Assembly: GCA_044228875.1 (NCBI GenBank) | Contig: JBGAUA010000002.1 | Coordinates: forward strand, 5,397 to 69,396 | Reading direction: 5' to 3' | DNA from: Anaerolineae bacterium | GTDB lineage: Bacteria; Chloroflexota; Anaerolineae; Epilineales; Epilineaceae | Length of the DNA: 64,000 bases | Shown here: positions 15,827 to 24,093 of the stretch, one piece after another | Layout of the letters: each line of letters begins with the position of its first letter | Numbering within the stretch: the first letter of the stretch is position 1 | Program-made: the position numbers and the translations under genes | The notes under the pieces: generated by a model | Database searches by the model: none | Told to the model about the DNA's origin: nothing | The model's input: only the letters and a program-made list of their open reading frames with translations

Positions 15827-16991
15827 TCAATGCTCGGCCAGGCGCCGCCGCAGTTTGTCCATGAGCCGGGACATGGGCAGGGACCGCGCTTCAAGGCCGT
15901 CCAGCGCCACCCAGCGCCATTCCACGTAGGGCGACCAGCGCTCGGGCAATCGCTGCGGATCGGCGCTCGCGAGGTCACCGCGCAGCAGGCGCAGGTCCAG
16001 GCGCAGATGGGTGAACGCATGACGTATGGCCGGCCCCAGGGGCTCAAGATCCAGGACCCACGGCCCCCAATGGACCGACAGTGGCTCCGGTCGCTCGTCT
16101 GCGTCGTTGCTCTCCAGCCAGGGGAACTCCCAGAGCCCGCCGAGCAGCCCGTCATCGCGCCGCCGACCCAAGAGCCAGCGGCCGGCGGCGTCGCGGATGG
16201 CGTAGGCGAAGCCCGTTGCCGGCCGCGGCGTGGTCCGGCGGACCGCCTGCGGAAACTCCGCCTCTCGGCCCGATCCATGGGCCAGGCAATGCCGCTGCAC
16301 CGGGCAGATGGAGCAGTCCGGTTGCCGCGGTCGGCAGACTCGGGCGCCCAGCTCCATCAGGGCCTGGTTGAGGTCGCCGGGCGAGGAAGCGAACCCTGAG
16401 ACTTCAAGGCTTTGGTCGTTCGGGGCCGCGTCCAGCAGGCCTTGGGCCAGGGCGCGCAGCCGCACCGCGCCCGCGGCGCGCGTCAGGTCACCCTCAAGCG
16501 CCCCGATGCGCCCCAGCACCCGCCGCACGTTGCCGTCGATGGCCGGATGCGCCCGGCCGAAGGCGATGGACAGGAGGGCGCCCGCACTGTAGTCGCCCAC
16601 GCCCGGTAGGGCGCGCAGGCCGGCCGGGTCGGCGGGGATGCCCCCGCCGCGTGCGACGAGCAGCCGCGCCGCCTCGTGCAGCCGTCTGGCCCGGCCGTAA
16701 TCAGAGCTGAAGCACCTCGTCGATCGAAGCGGCCGCGAGAGCCTCCAGCGTGGGAAACCGCGCCATCCATTGCTGGTAGTAGGGTGTTGCCGTGACCACT
16801 TGCGTCTGTTGCAGCATGACCTCGGAAATCCAGACCGCATAAGGGTCCGGGCGCGTGCCGGGCGCCGCGCGCCAGGGGAGCGGACGTTGGTGCAGGGCGT
16901 ACCAGCGCAGGAGGGCGGCGCGCAGAACGGGCAGGTCCAGGGCCGGCTCGACCCGCGGTCCGGTGGCTCGTGGCCGGGCCTCGGTCCTCAA
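15827..16991 (-). pseudogene. mutY: adenine DNA glycosylase MutY, reading frame broken near 16701
   Basis: The N-terminal fragment (ORF 16701..16991) ends ...ASIDEVLQL*. The rest is in another frame (ORF 15827..16840) from ...DYGRARRLHEAA, and carries PGVGDYSAGA, the 4Fe-4S Cys cluster CRPRQPDCSICPVQRHC and a NUDIX-like C-terminus. WxGLGY is missing. Confidence 0.75.
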
Positions 16992-19165
16992 GGATGGTCA
17001 GGCGCCATGCCGGCGCCGCCGAGACCCATCGGCAGCCAGATCCGATTTCCGAAGGCGCTGGTCGGGGTTTCCCGGCCCGTCGGCGTCTCGTGGGCCATGG
17101 CCGTGCGGCGGGGCGTCGGCGTGACGGTGGCCGGCGCCGCGGCTTCGCCCAAGCGCAGGCGGTAGACCCCGCCGGCCCGGGCGGCGATCCTGACACGCTC
17201 GTCGGCGCCTAGGGAGACGTCGACCACCGGGAAGGGCAGGTTGAACGTGGCCAGCAGCGCCGGCGGATCCACGCGCAGGTCGATGGCTTGCAGCCCGCCC
17301 TCGCGATCGGCGACGAAGGCCCGCGATCCTTCGGCGTCGAAGGCCACTCGGACGGCCGTGCCGCCGGTGTCGACCGAGCCCCGCGGCATCGGCCGCGTCG
17401 GATCTGACAGGTCATACCAGGACAGACCAGCTTCGCCGTCGGCAACGCCCAGAAGCCCCCCGGGCCCGACGGCAACGCCGGAGGCGAAGCCCGGCGTGTC
17501 GAACGTCGCCAGGCGGGTCGGCCGCAGCGGATCGCTGAGGTCGAAAACGGAGACGGCGCTGCCGTGCGCCACGAAGAGACGCCGTCCCACCTTGTCTACC
17601 GCGACATCCTCAGGCAGGTCGAAGCCGAGGTCGAGCGAACCCAGGTCCTGCAAGGGCGGGGCTTGAACGACCCGCAGGCCGCCGAGCAGATCGGCGACAT
17701 AGATGCCTGAGGACCTGCCGTCCGGCGCCTCCAATACGGCGATGCGCCTCGCTGCGGAAAGCGTGTTCAGGACCGCTCGCTCGGCGAAGCGAGGCCAGGG
17801 CTGCTCGCCCTCCAACTGGTGGTACCAGCGAACCCCACCGCTCCCGTCGGCGAGGAAGGCGTCATCGCCGAACCCGGCGAGGGCAAACGACTCGGCCTCG
17901 CCCTCGCTGTCGAAGGCCAGCTCCAGCAAACCGCCGCGGGGTGCAGGAGATTGGCCGTCCGTGATCCAGACCCCGCTGTGACCCGCAGAAAGATAGGATT
18001 GGGTCACGGACCTGGCCCAGGGAGCTTTCGACAGGCCGACGGACTCGACCCAGGTTCCAGTTCCCCGTTCCGCTGAAGGAATCCAGTTGATCACCTTGAG
18101 TCCTTGACTGCCGGCCGCCACCGCCAGACGTTGGTCTAACTGGCTCAGCGCCAGGGCATAGCCGTCCGGCGCCCCCAAGCCGTCCTCCAGGATGCCCAGG
18201 TCGATCGTCTGGGCCAGGACAGGCTGCCGCGGCTCCGCAAGGTCCAAACGGTGGAGGATGAGCCGGCTGTCGCTGAAGGACTGGGTGGCGAGGAAAGCTG
18301 TCCGACCGCGGACACTGAGGGCCTTGATGTCTTCGTCCGGCAGATCCAGCGTGGTCAAGGGGAGCGGCCGATCGGGGTCCCGCCAGTCGATGACGCGCAG
18401 TCGAGGCCCGTCGGCGGCCAGGACCATGCCGCCGCTCTGGGCGACGGCGGTCACGAAGACCGGCTGGCCGTCGATGGCCGGCAGTCCGCTGCGGATGACC
18501 GGCGCCATCGGATCGGACAGATCCAGTGCCCGCAAGCCCTGTTCGTTCATGGCCAGGTAAGCCATGTTGCCGTTCACCACGATGTCCCAGACCCCGGCGC
18601 CGTCCTCGAAGACGGCGCAGCCCAGCGCCTGGGGGCTCTGCGGATCGGCGAAGTCCAAGGAGGTCATGGTGAGGTTGCCTCGCGCCAGGTGCACCCGATG
18701 CTCGCCATCGGCGACCATGTTGATGACCTCCGGGATGCCGGGCTCGATGCCCAGCATCCTAGGCTGGGCGGGATCGGCCACATCCATGGCCCAGACCCCA
18801 CCGGTCTGCCCCGCGGCGTAGAGTACGTCGCCGTCCAGTGCCAGATCTCGGACAGGCCCGGGCAAGGGGGACCTCACCCCCAGCACTTCGACGCCATCCG
18901 CGGTGCTACCCGAGAGGCGCACAACCCAGAGCCCCGCGCCGCTGCCGACATAGGCCAGGCCGCCATCGGCGCTCAAGGCCACGGCCTGGTAGGCGCCGCC
19001 CCATTGGGCTTCTACCAGCAAGCTGGTATCGGCGGCGACGGGTCGCGCCTGGCCCTGCACCGGGTCGCGCCCGAGAGGACCGTGGACGATGGCGGCCGTC
19101 ATGGTAATAAACGACAGCAGCGTCGCCAGAACCAGTCGGCGATAGGGCGGAATGCGGAGGTTCAT
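16988..19165 (-). CDS. secreted/anchored LVIVD-repeat beta-propeller protein
   Basis: MNLRIPPYRRLVLATLLSFITMTAAIV forms a signal or anchor. It is followed by many repeats of the form A.G..GL.V.DLSDP..P. The stop overlaps the mutY TTG start (TTGA). Confidence 0.8.
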   Translation of the reverse strand: MNLRIPPYRRLVLATLLSFITMTAAIVHGPLGRDPVQGQARPVAADTSLLVEAQWGGAYQAVALSADGGLAYVGSGAGLWVVRLSGSTADGVEVLGVRSPLPGPVRDLALDGDVLYAAGQTGGVWAMDVADPAQPRMLGIEPGIPEVINMVADGEHRVHLARGNLTMTSLDFADPQSPQALGCAVFEDGAGVWDIVVNGNMAYLAMNEQGLRALDLSDPMAPVIRSGLPAIDGQPVFVTAVAQSGGMVLAADGPRLRVIDWRDPDRPLPLTTLDLPDEDIKALSVRGRTAFLATQSFSDSRLILHRLDLAEPRQPVLAQTIDLGILEDGLGAPDGYALALSQLDQRLAVAAGSQGLKVINWIPSAERGTGTWVESVGLSKAPWARSVTQSYLSAGHSGVWITDGQSPAPRGGLLELAFDSEGEAESFALAGFGDDAFLADGSGGVRWYHQLEGEQPWPRFAERAVLNTLSAARRIAVLEAPDGRSSGIYVADLLGGLRVVQAPPLQDLGSLDLGFDLPEDVAVDKVGRRLFVAHGSAVSVFDLSDPLRPTRLATFDTPGFASGVAVGPGGLLGVADGEAGLSWYDLSDPTRPMPRGSVDTGGTAVRVAFDAEGSRAFVADREGGLQAIDLRVDPPALLATFNLPFPVVDVSLGADERVRIAARAGGVYRLRLGEAAAPATVTPTPRRTAMAHETPTGRETPTSAFGNRIWLPMGLGGAGMAPDHP

Positions 19166-19277
19166 GAGGGTTCCCAAGGGCCGGATTGGCGGGCGGGGCC
19201 TTGCATCTGGAGGCGAGACAAACAGAAACGCCGCGGATTCCTGGGGAGGAACCCACGGCGAAGCATACCAGATCAGG

Positions 19278-19349
19278 AGCCACCCGTCGGATTTGAACCG
19301 ACGACCGACGCATTACGAATGCGTTGCTCTACCACTGAGCTAGGGTGGC
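19278..19349 (-). tRNA. tRNA-Thr (anticodon CGT)
   Basis: Hand-folded cloverleaf: GCCACCC/GGGTGGC acceptor, GCTC/GAGC D-stem, ACGCA/TGCGT anticodon stem with loop TTCGTAA, GTCGG/CCGAC T-stem with loop TTCAAAT. No encoded CCA. Confidence 0.9.
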
Positions 19350-19439
19350 GTGGAGCCGCATTGGACCCCGAAGAAAAACGAGCCTCGCACCGGTCACCGA
19401 TGACCACAGGTCCTCGACATGACTGGCCTCGGCTCGTCC

Positions 19440-19513
<74 letters not shown>

Positions 19514-19527
19514 TGGATGGACGGACA

Positions 19528-19555
19528 ATTCTAGTGAAGCCGTTGCCTTTGTCAA
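19528..19555 (-). promoter_or_regulatory. sigma-70-type promoter of the tRNA-Gly/tRNA-Thr unit
   Basis: On the minus strand: perfect TTGACA (19555-19550), 16-nt spacer, TAGAAT (19533-19528), 14 nt before the tRNA-Gly 5-prime end. Confidence 0.65.
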
Positions 19556-19748
19556 GACGGAGCAGACTCGCCCGTTGAAGGTCTCGGTCCGCCCGAAGCT
19601 GACGGCCCCATGAGGGCTGTTTCGGAGATGGGGACGGGCGCCGCCAAGGGCGGGCCTCGGCAATGGAAGCGTGAGCGCGGACGAGCGACGCCGTCATCAC
19701 GTGCCGACGACCCTGACACGCGGACCGGATGACGCCGGCGCAGGCGGA

Positions 19749-19850
19749 AGATGATGCCTTCATACCGAGCTTTTGATGCCTTCATAAGCTCGGTATGAAG
19801 GCATCATCTCCCCTCGTTTACGGCATCATTTCCCTTCGATGATGCCGTAA
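19749..19850. repeat. cluster of GATGATGCC-core inverted and direct repeats forming two hairpins
   Basis: 22-bp perfect stem 19749-19770/19788-19809. Its loop carries a 13-nt direct copy (19774-19786) of arm positions 19752-19764. A second 12-bp hairpin at 19818-19829/19839-19850 shares the ATGATGCC core. Confidence 0.7.
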
Positions 19851-19953
19851 GCCGACCGCCTCCTCGGCGGAAGCGCCGTCATGCGCTCTCCGTGCCGGTT
19901 TCTCCCGCGCGGTTGGGCTGTGGCCGCGGCTTCCGTTCTCGACCACGGAAAGC

Positions 19954-19991
19954 AATCGACGGGGCAGGCCCGAAGGCCTGCCCCGTCGATT
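19954..19991 (-). terminator. strong hairpin downstream of the cohesin/LysM gene
   Basis: AATCGACGGGGCAGGCC-CGAA-GGCCTGCCCCGTCGATT is a 17-bp perfect stem with a tetraloop. It lies 34 nt after the stop at 20025. On the minus strand it is followed by GCTTTCC, a weak U-tract. Confidence 0.6.
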
Positions 19992-20024
19992 GGGTGCGGA
20001 TGAGGGAACGACGGTGCCAACCGA

Positions 20025-21251
20025 TCAGGGGATGCAGAGCACCTGGCCAGCGTAGATCAGGTTCGGGTTGGAGAGGCCGTTGGCCGCCGTGAGCGCGTAG
20101 GAAGCCATGCCGTAGCGCCAGGCGATGCCCGAGAGCGACTCGCCGGGCTTCACCACGTAGGTGAAGCGGCACTTGCCGCCCGGCTTGCCCGGGTAGCCGC
20201 CCGATCCGGGCTTGCCGTAGCCGCCCGAGCAGACCGTCAGCCCCTTGCCGGCATAGATGCGCTCCGGGTTGAGGATGCCGTTGCGGCTGGAGATGCCCGC
20301 AACGCTGTCCCCCGTGCTCCAAGCGATGCCCGAGAGCGTGTCGCCAGGCTTGACGATGTAGGTCCAGCAGTCGCCCTTGCCCGGAGGATCGGCCGGGACA
20401 CCGGGACCGCCGCTGCCGCCGCAGCCGGGGATGGTCAGCGTCTGGCCCGCCCGGATGTAGTCCGGGTTGTGGATGCCGTTGGCCGCCGCGAGGGAAGACA
20501 CGCTGACGCCGTGCAGGCGGGCGATGCTGTAGAGCGTCTCACCCAGCTTGATCACGTGGGTGCAGCCCGTCGGCTTGCCGTAGCCGCCGCCGCTGCCCGG
20601 CGTGCGAACCGGCGCCACCGTGGGACGGGGCGTGCCCGGTGTGCGGCCGGGCGGCACGGTGGTCGGCGCGGGGGCGGTGGCCGCCGGCCGCGTCGGACGC
20701 GGCTGGCCGTCGCAGGTGACGTTGATGCTGCCGTTGCTGAGGTCGGCCGCGATGGGGCCGGCGCTGGCGTTGGCCAGCATGACCGACTCCAAGGTGATGG
20801 CGCTGGTGCCGGAGGCCTTGCCCTTGACCTTGATCTGGGCGATGACGCCGTTGCCGGACTGCGCCGGCGCCGGGTTGACCCGGATCGCCGCGTAGCTGAC
20901 GATACCGCTGTCGTTGTCGGCGCGGTTGGTCTGGATCATGCCCTGGTTGTTGGCGACCGCGGGCAGGTCACCGGGCGTGATGTTCACCGAGGCGGCGTTG
21001 GGGTCCGCATCGACGACCTCCAGGACATTGGCGTCGAAGCTGACGCGGATGTCCACTCCGAAGAGGTTCTCCACGTCATTGATGCGAATGTCGACCACCT
21101 GCGTAGCGTCGCAGGCCAGGTCGGACGAAGCGGGTGACACCTTGACCGACGTGCCGCCCTGGGCGAAGCTGGGGGGCGTCAGGGCAAGGCCCAGCGCCGA
21201 CGCCAGCGCGAGCGCTGGCAGGATCCTGCTACGAGCATTGAAGCTGTACAT
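20025..21251 (-). CDS. secreted cohesin-like domain protein with three LysM repeats
   Basis: Signal peptide ...ALTPPSFAQG. Cohesin-like block VVDIRINDVENLFGVDIRVSFDANVLEVVD...IAQIKVKGKASGTSAITL, a Pro/Thr linker, and three LysM units (HVIKLGETLYSIA..., YIVKPGDTLSGIA..., YVVKPGESLSGIA...). Confidence 0.85.
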   Translation of the reverse strand: MYSFNARSRILPALALASALGLALTPPSFAQGGTSVKVSPASSDLACDATQVVDIRINDVENLFGVDIRVSFDANVLEVVDADPNAASVNITPGDLPAVANNQGMIQTNRADNDSGIVSYAAIRVNPAPAQSGNGVIAQIKVKGKASGTSAITLESVMLANASAGPIAADLSNGSINVTCDGQPRPTRPAATAPAPTTVPPGRTPGTPRPTVAPVRTPGSGGGYGKPTGCTHVIKLGETLYSIARLHGVSVSSLAAANGIHNPDYIRAGQTLTIPGCGGSGGPGVPADPPGKGDCWTYIVKPGDTLSGIAWSTGDSVAGISSRNGILNPERIYAGKGLTVCSGGYGKPGSGGYPGKPGGKCRFTYVVKPGESLSGIAWRYGMASYALTAANGLSNPNLIYAGQVLCIP

Positions 21252-21373
21252 TGGAAGTCTTCCTCCTGATACGGGTACGGATCATGCGCTCGACAAGCAG
21301 GCCTCTGCGGATCCGCGACAATGGCGCGGCCCGAGTGAGATGTCGAGTCACCAAAGCTTAATATCTCTTGGCC

Positions 21374-21402
21374 ATCTTACCAGACAGGCGCGGACATGTC
21401 AA
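21374..21402 (-). promoter_or_regulatory. sigma-70-type promoter of the cohesin/LysM gene
   Basis: On the minus strand: perfect TTGACA (21402-21397), 17-nt spacer, TAAGAT (21379-21374). This gives a leader of roughly 115 nt ending in AGGAGG. Confidence 0.55.
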
Positions 21403-21544
21403 GACATAAAATTGCTTAACGTCAACGAGATTCACCTTAAAGACCATGGACCTTGGATTTGGAGCGACCGGTGCCCATGGCTATGATCGCCGCCGGTCAC
21501 GCTTCGGTCGCATCGGCCACTCCATCCAGTAAAGGAACATCATC

Positions 21545-21994
21545 ATGGAACGCACCCTGATCATCCTCAAACCCGACGCAGTTCAGCGCGGGCTCGTCGG
21601 CGAGATCATCGCCCGATTTGAACGCCGCGGCCTCAAGATCTCCGCGCTCAAGCTGATGAGCGTATCGCAGGATCTCGCCAGGCGCCATTACGCCGAGCAC
21701 GAGGGCAAGCCCTTCTTCGGTGGCCTGATCGACTACATCATCTCCAGCCCGGTTGTGGTTCTGGCCGTCGACGGCCCCGGTGCCATCGTCGCGGTGCGCA
21801 ACGCCGTCGGGAGCACGCGGCCGGCTGAGGCGACGCCGGGGTCCATCCGGGCCGACTTCGGTCTCATGGTGGGCCGCAACCTGGTCCACGCGTCCGACGG
21901 CCCGGAAGCGGCCGTGAGGGAACTGGCCCTGTGGTTCGACGCCGGTGACTTCGCGGATTACACGCGGGCCATCGACACCTGGATCCTCGAATAG
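21545..21994 (+). CDS. ndk: nucleoside diphosphate kinase
   Basis: MERTLIILKPDAVQRGLVGEIIARFERRGLKI, with the active-site region NLVHASDG. Confidence 0.95.
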   Translation: MERTLIILKPDAVQRGLVGEIIARFERRGLKISALKLMSVSQDLARRHYAEHEGKPFFGGLIDYIISSPVVVLAVDGPGAIVAVRNAVGSTRPAEATPGSIRADFGLMVGRNLVHASDGPEAAVRELALWFDAGDFADYTRAIDTWILE

Positions 21995-22030
21995 ACCCGG
22001 CGGCCCCGGCCGGGCTACAATCTGCGCCTC

Positions 22031-23041
22031 ATGGCAGATAACGGAACCGCATTCTCCTCGTCCGGCCCAGGCCCCGCGCGCCGCTGCGTCGTCACCGGGG
22101 CCGCCGGCTTCATCGGCAGCCATCTCAGTGAGGCTTTGCTGGACGCCGGCCACGAGGTTCTTGGAATCGACTGCTTCACCGATTACTACGATCGGGCGAT
22201 CAAAGAGGACAACCTGGCCGGCCTGCGTGCCCGCTCGGGCTTCCATCTGGTGGAGGAGGACCTGCGCAGCGCGGAACTGCGGCCGCTCGTGGCGGGCGCC
22301 GACGCGGTCTTCCACCTGGCGGCCATGGGGGGGCTGCTGCGTTCCTGGACCTGGTTCAAGGTCTACCAGGACTGCAACATCCTGGCTACCCAGCGGTTGC
22401 TCGACGCCATCCTGGCCGAGAATGTCGGGCATCTCATCCACGTGTCCACCTCGTCGGTCTACGGGCGGGATTCTTCCGGTGACGAGCGTCAGCAGCCCCA
22501 GCCCATCTCGCCCTACGGCGTGACCAAGTTGGCTGCCGAGCACCTGGTCGGGGCCTACGCCGCCAACTTCGGAGTCAAAGCCACGGTGCTGCGCTACTTC
22601 TCGATCTTCGGACCACGCCAGAGGCCGGATATGGGCTACCACCTCTTCATCGATCGCATCCTCAAGGGTGAGACGATCACCATCGCCGGTGACGGGCGCC
22701 AGTCTCGGGGCAACACCTATGTCGCGGATTGCGTGGCCGCCACGGTCGCGGCCTTCGCGCGCGGGCCGGTGCCCGAGGTGGTTGGCGAGACCTTCAACAT
22801 CGGCGGAGGCGAGGTCATCTCCGCTCTGGATGCCCTGGCCCTGATCGAGCGCATCATCGGGCGCAAGGCCACGGTCGTCCACGGTTCGCCGCGGCCCGGC
22901 GAGCAGCTGCAGGCCCTTGCCGACACCGCCAAGGCGCGGCGGATGCTGGGCTGGCAGCCGCGAGTCGGAATCGAAGAGGGCCTACGCGCCCAGGTGGCCT
23001 GGCAGATGCAGCGCGCGGTCGCGGCGGGGGGCGGGTCTTGA
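22031..23041 (+). CDS. NAD-dependent epimerase/dehydratase (extended SDR); sugar-nucleotide specificity undetermined
   Basis: VTGAAGFIGSHL Rossmann motif and catalytic SPYGVTK (YxxxK). 336 aa. Confidence 0.85.
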   Translation: MADNGTAFSSSGPGPARRCVVTGAAGFIGSHLSEALLDAGHEVLGIDCFTDYYDRAIKEDNLAGLRARSGFHLVEEDLRSAELRPLVAGADAVFHLAAMGGLLRSWTWFKVYQDCNILATQRLLDAILAENVGHLIHVSTSSVYGRDSSGDERQQPQPISPYGVTKLAAEHLVGAYAANFGVKATVLRYFSIFGPRQRPDMGYHLFIDRILKGETITIAGDGRQSRGNTYVADCVAATVAAFARGPVPEVVGETFNIGGGEVISALDALALIERIIGRKATVVHGSPRPGEQLQALADTAKARRMLGWQPRVGIEEGLRAQVAWQMQRAVAAGGGS

Positions 23042-24060
23042 GCCCATTCGACGCCGAACGCCCGGACCCGTCCCTCCCGTACGAAGGTCCGGAGCTGACC
23101 GTGGTCATCCCCCTGTATAACGAGGTGTTGACCATCCCCGACCTGGCGCAGCGGCTGTCGGCCTCCCTGGATCGCCTGGGCCGCAGCTGGGAGGTGATCG
23201 TGGTGGACGACGGCTCCACCGACGGCTCATTCGAGGCGCTGCGCCGCGTCCACGAGGCCGATCCCCGCTTCTCGGTGATCCGCTTCCGGCGCAATTTCGG
23301 CCAGACTCCGGCCTTCGCCGCAGGTTTCGACGCCGCCCGGGGCCGCATCGTCGTCACGATGGACGCGGACCTGCAGAACGACCCCGACGACGTCGCCGCC
23401 CTGCTGGCCGAGATGGAGCGCGGCGACTTCGACATCGTCAGCGGATGGCGGCAGAACCGCAAGGAACCCCTGCTCCTGCGCCGCATCCCATCCAAGTTCG
23501 GCAACCTCGTCATGCGCCGCCTGACCGGCGTCAGCCTCAAGGACACCGGCTGCTCGCTCAAGGCCTACCGCAGCGAGGTGGTGAAGAACACCCGCCTCTA
23601 CGGCAACTTCCACCGCTTCATCCCGGCGGTTGCCAGCTGGTACGGCGTGCGCGTCGGCGAGGTGCCGGTGAGGGACAACGTCAGGGCCCACGGCAGCTCC
23701 AAATACGGCCGGGGCCTGAAACGGGCGCCGCGCGTGCTCCTGGACCTGCTCACGCTGCACTTCCTGCTCAACTACGCCACGCGGCCCATCCACATCTTCG
23801 GGGGCATGGGCTTCGCGACCCTGGGGCTGGGAATGCTCACGGCGGCCTACCTGAGCTGGGAGAAGCTGGCTCTGGGCCATGACATCGGCGGTCGCCCCCT
23901 CCTGCTCCTCGCTGCCCTGCTGATGATCATCGGCGTGCAGTTCATCTCCATGGGCTTCCTGGGGGAGCTCATGGTCCGGACCTATTACGAAAGCCAGAAC
24001 AAGCCGATCTACGCCGTTCGCGAGGTTCTCGACCGCCCAGGATCGCCCCGGGCTGGCTGA
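23038..24060 (+). CDS. polyprenyl-phosphate glycosyltransferase, GT2 (GtrB/ArnC/DPM1-like) with C-terminal TM pair
   Basis: The only plausible start is TTG 23038, overlapping the SDR stop (TTGA). Motifs VVIPLYNE, VVDDGSTDGS and MDADLQNDP, with two C-terminal TM helices (IHIFGGMGFATLGLGML; LLLLAALLMIIGVQFISMGF). Confidence 0.85.
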   Translation: MSPFDAERPDPSLPYEGPELTVVIPLYNEVLTIPDLAQRLSASLDRLGRSWEVIVVDDGSTDGSFEALRRVHEADPRFSVIRFRRNFGQTPAFAAGFDAARGRIVVTMDADLQNDPDDVAALLAEMERGDFDIVSGWRQNRKEPLLLRRIPSKFGNLVMRRLTGVSLKDTGCSLKAYRSEVVKNTRLYGNFHRFIPAVASWYGVRVGEVPVRDNVRAHGSSKYGRGLKRAPRVLLDLLTLHFLLNYATRPIHIFGGMGFATLGLGMLTAAYLSWEKLALGHDIGGRPLLLLAALLMIIGVQFISMGFLGELMVRTYYESQNKPIYAVREVLDRPGSPRAG

Positions 24061-24093
24061 GCCTTGGCCCGGACCCACCAGGAGGAGAGGCGC

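Noticed and set aside
19819-19829. A shared 11-mer TACGGCATCAT at 19819 and 54658, considered as evidence of a dispersed repeat family.
   Set aside because: In 64 kb read on both strands, on the order of a thousand 11-mer coincidences are expected by chance, and the similarity does not extend further.
21252-21373. A c-di-AMP (ydaO-type) riboswitch in the 5-prime leaders of the two LysM genes (21252-21373, and 44197-44330 on the minus strand).
   Set aside because: Such riboswitches often precede wall-hydrolase or LysM genes. However, I could not find the paired ACGGGG/GGGGACCCA-type conserved blocks in either leader.
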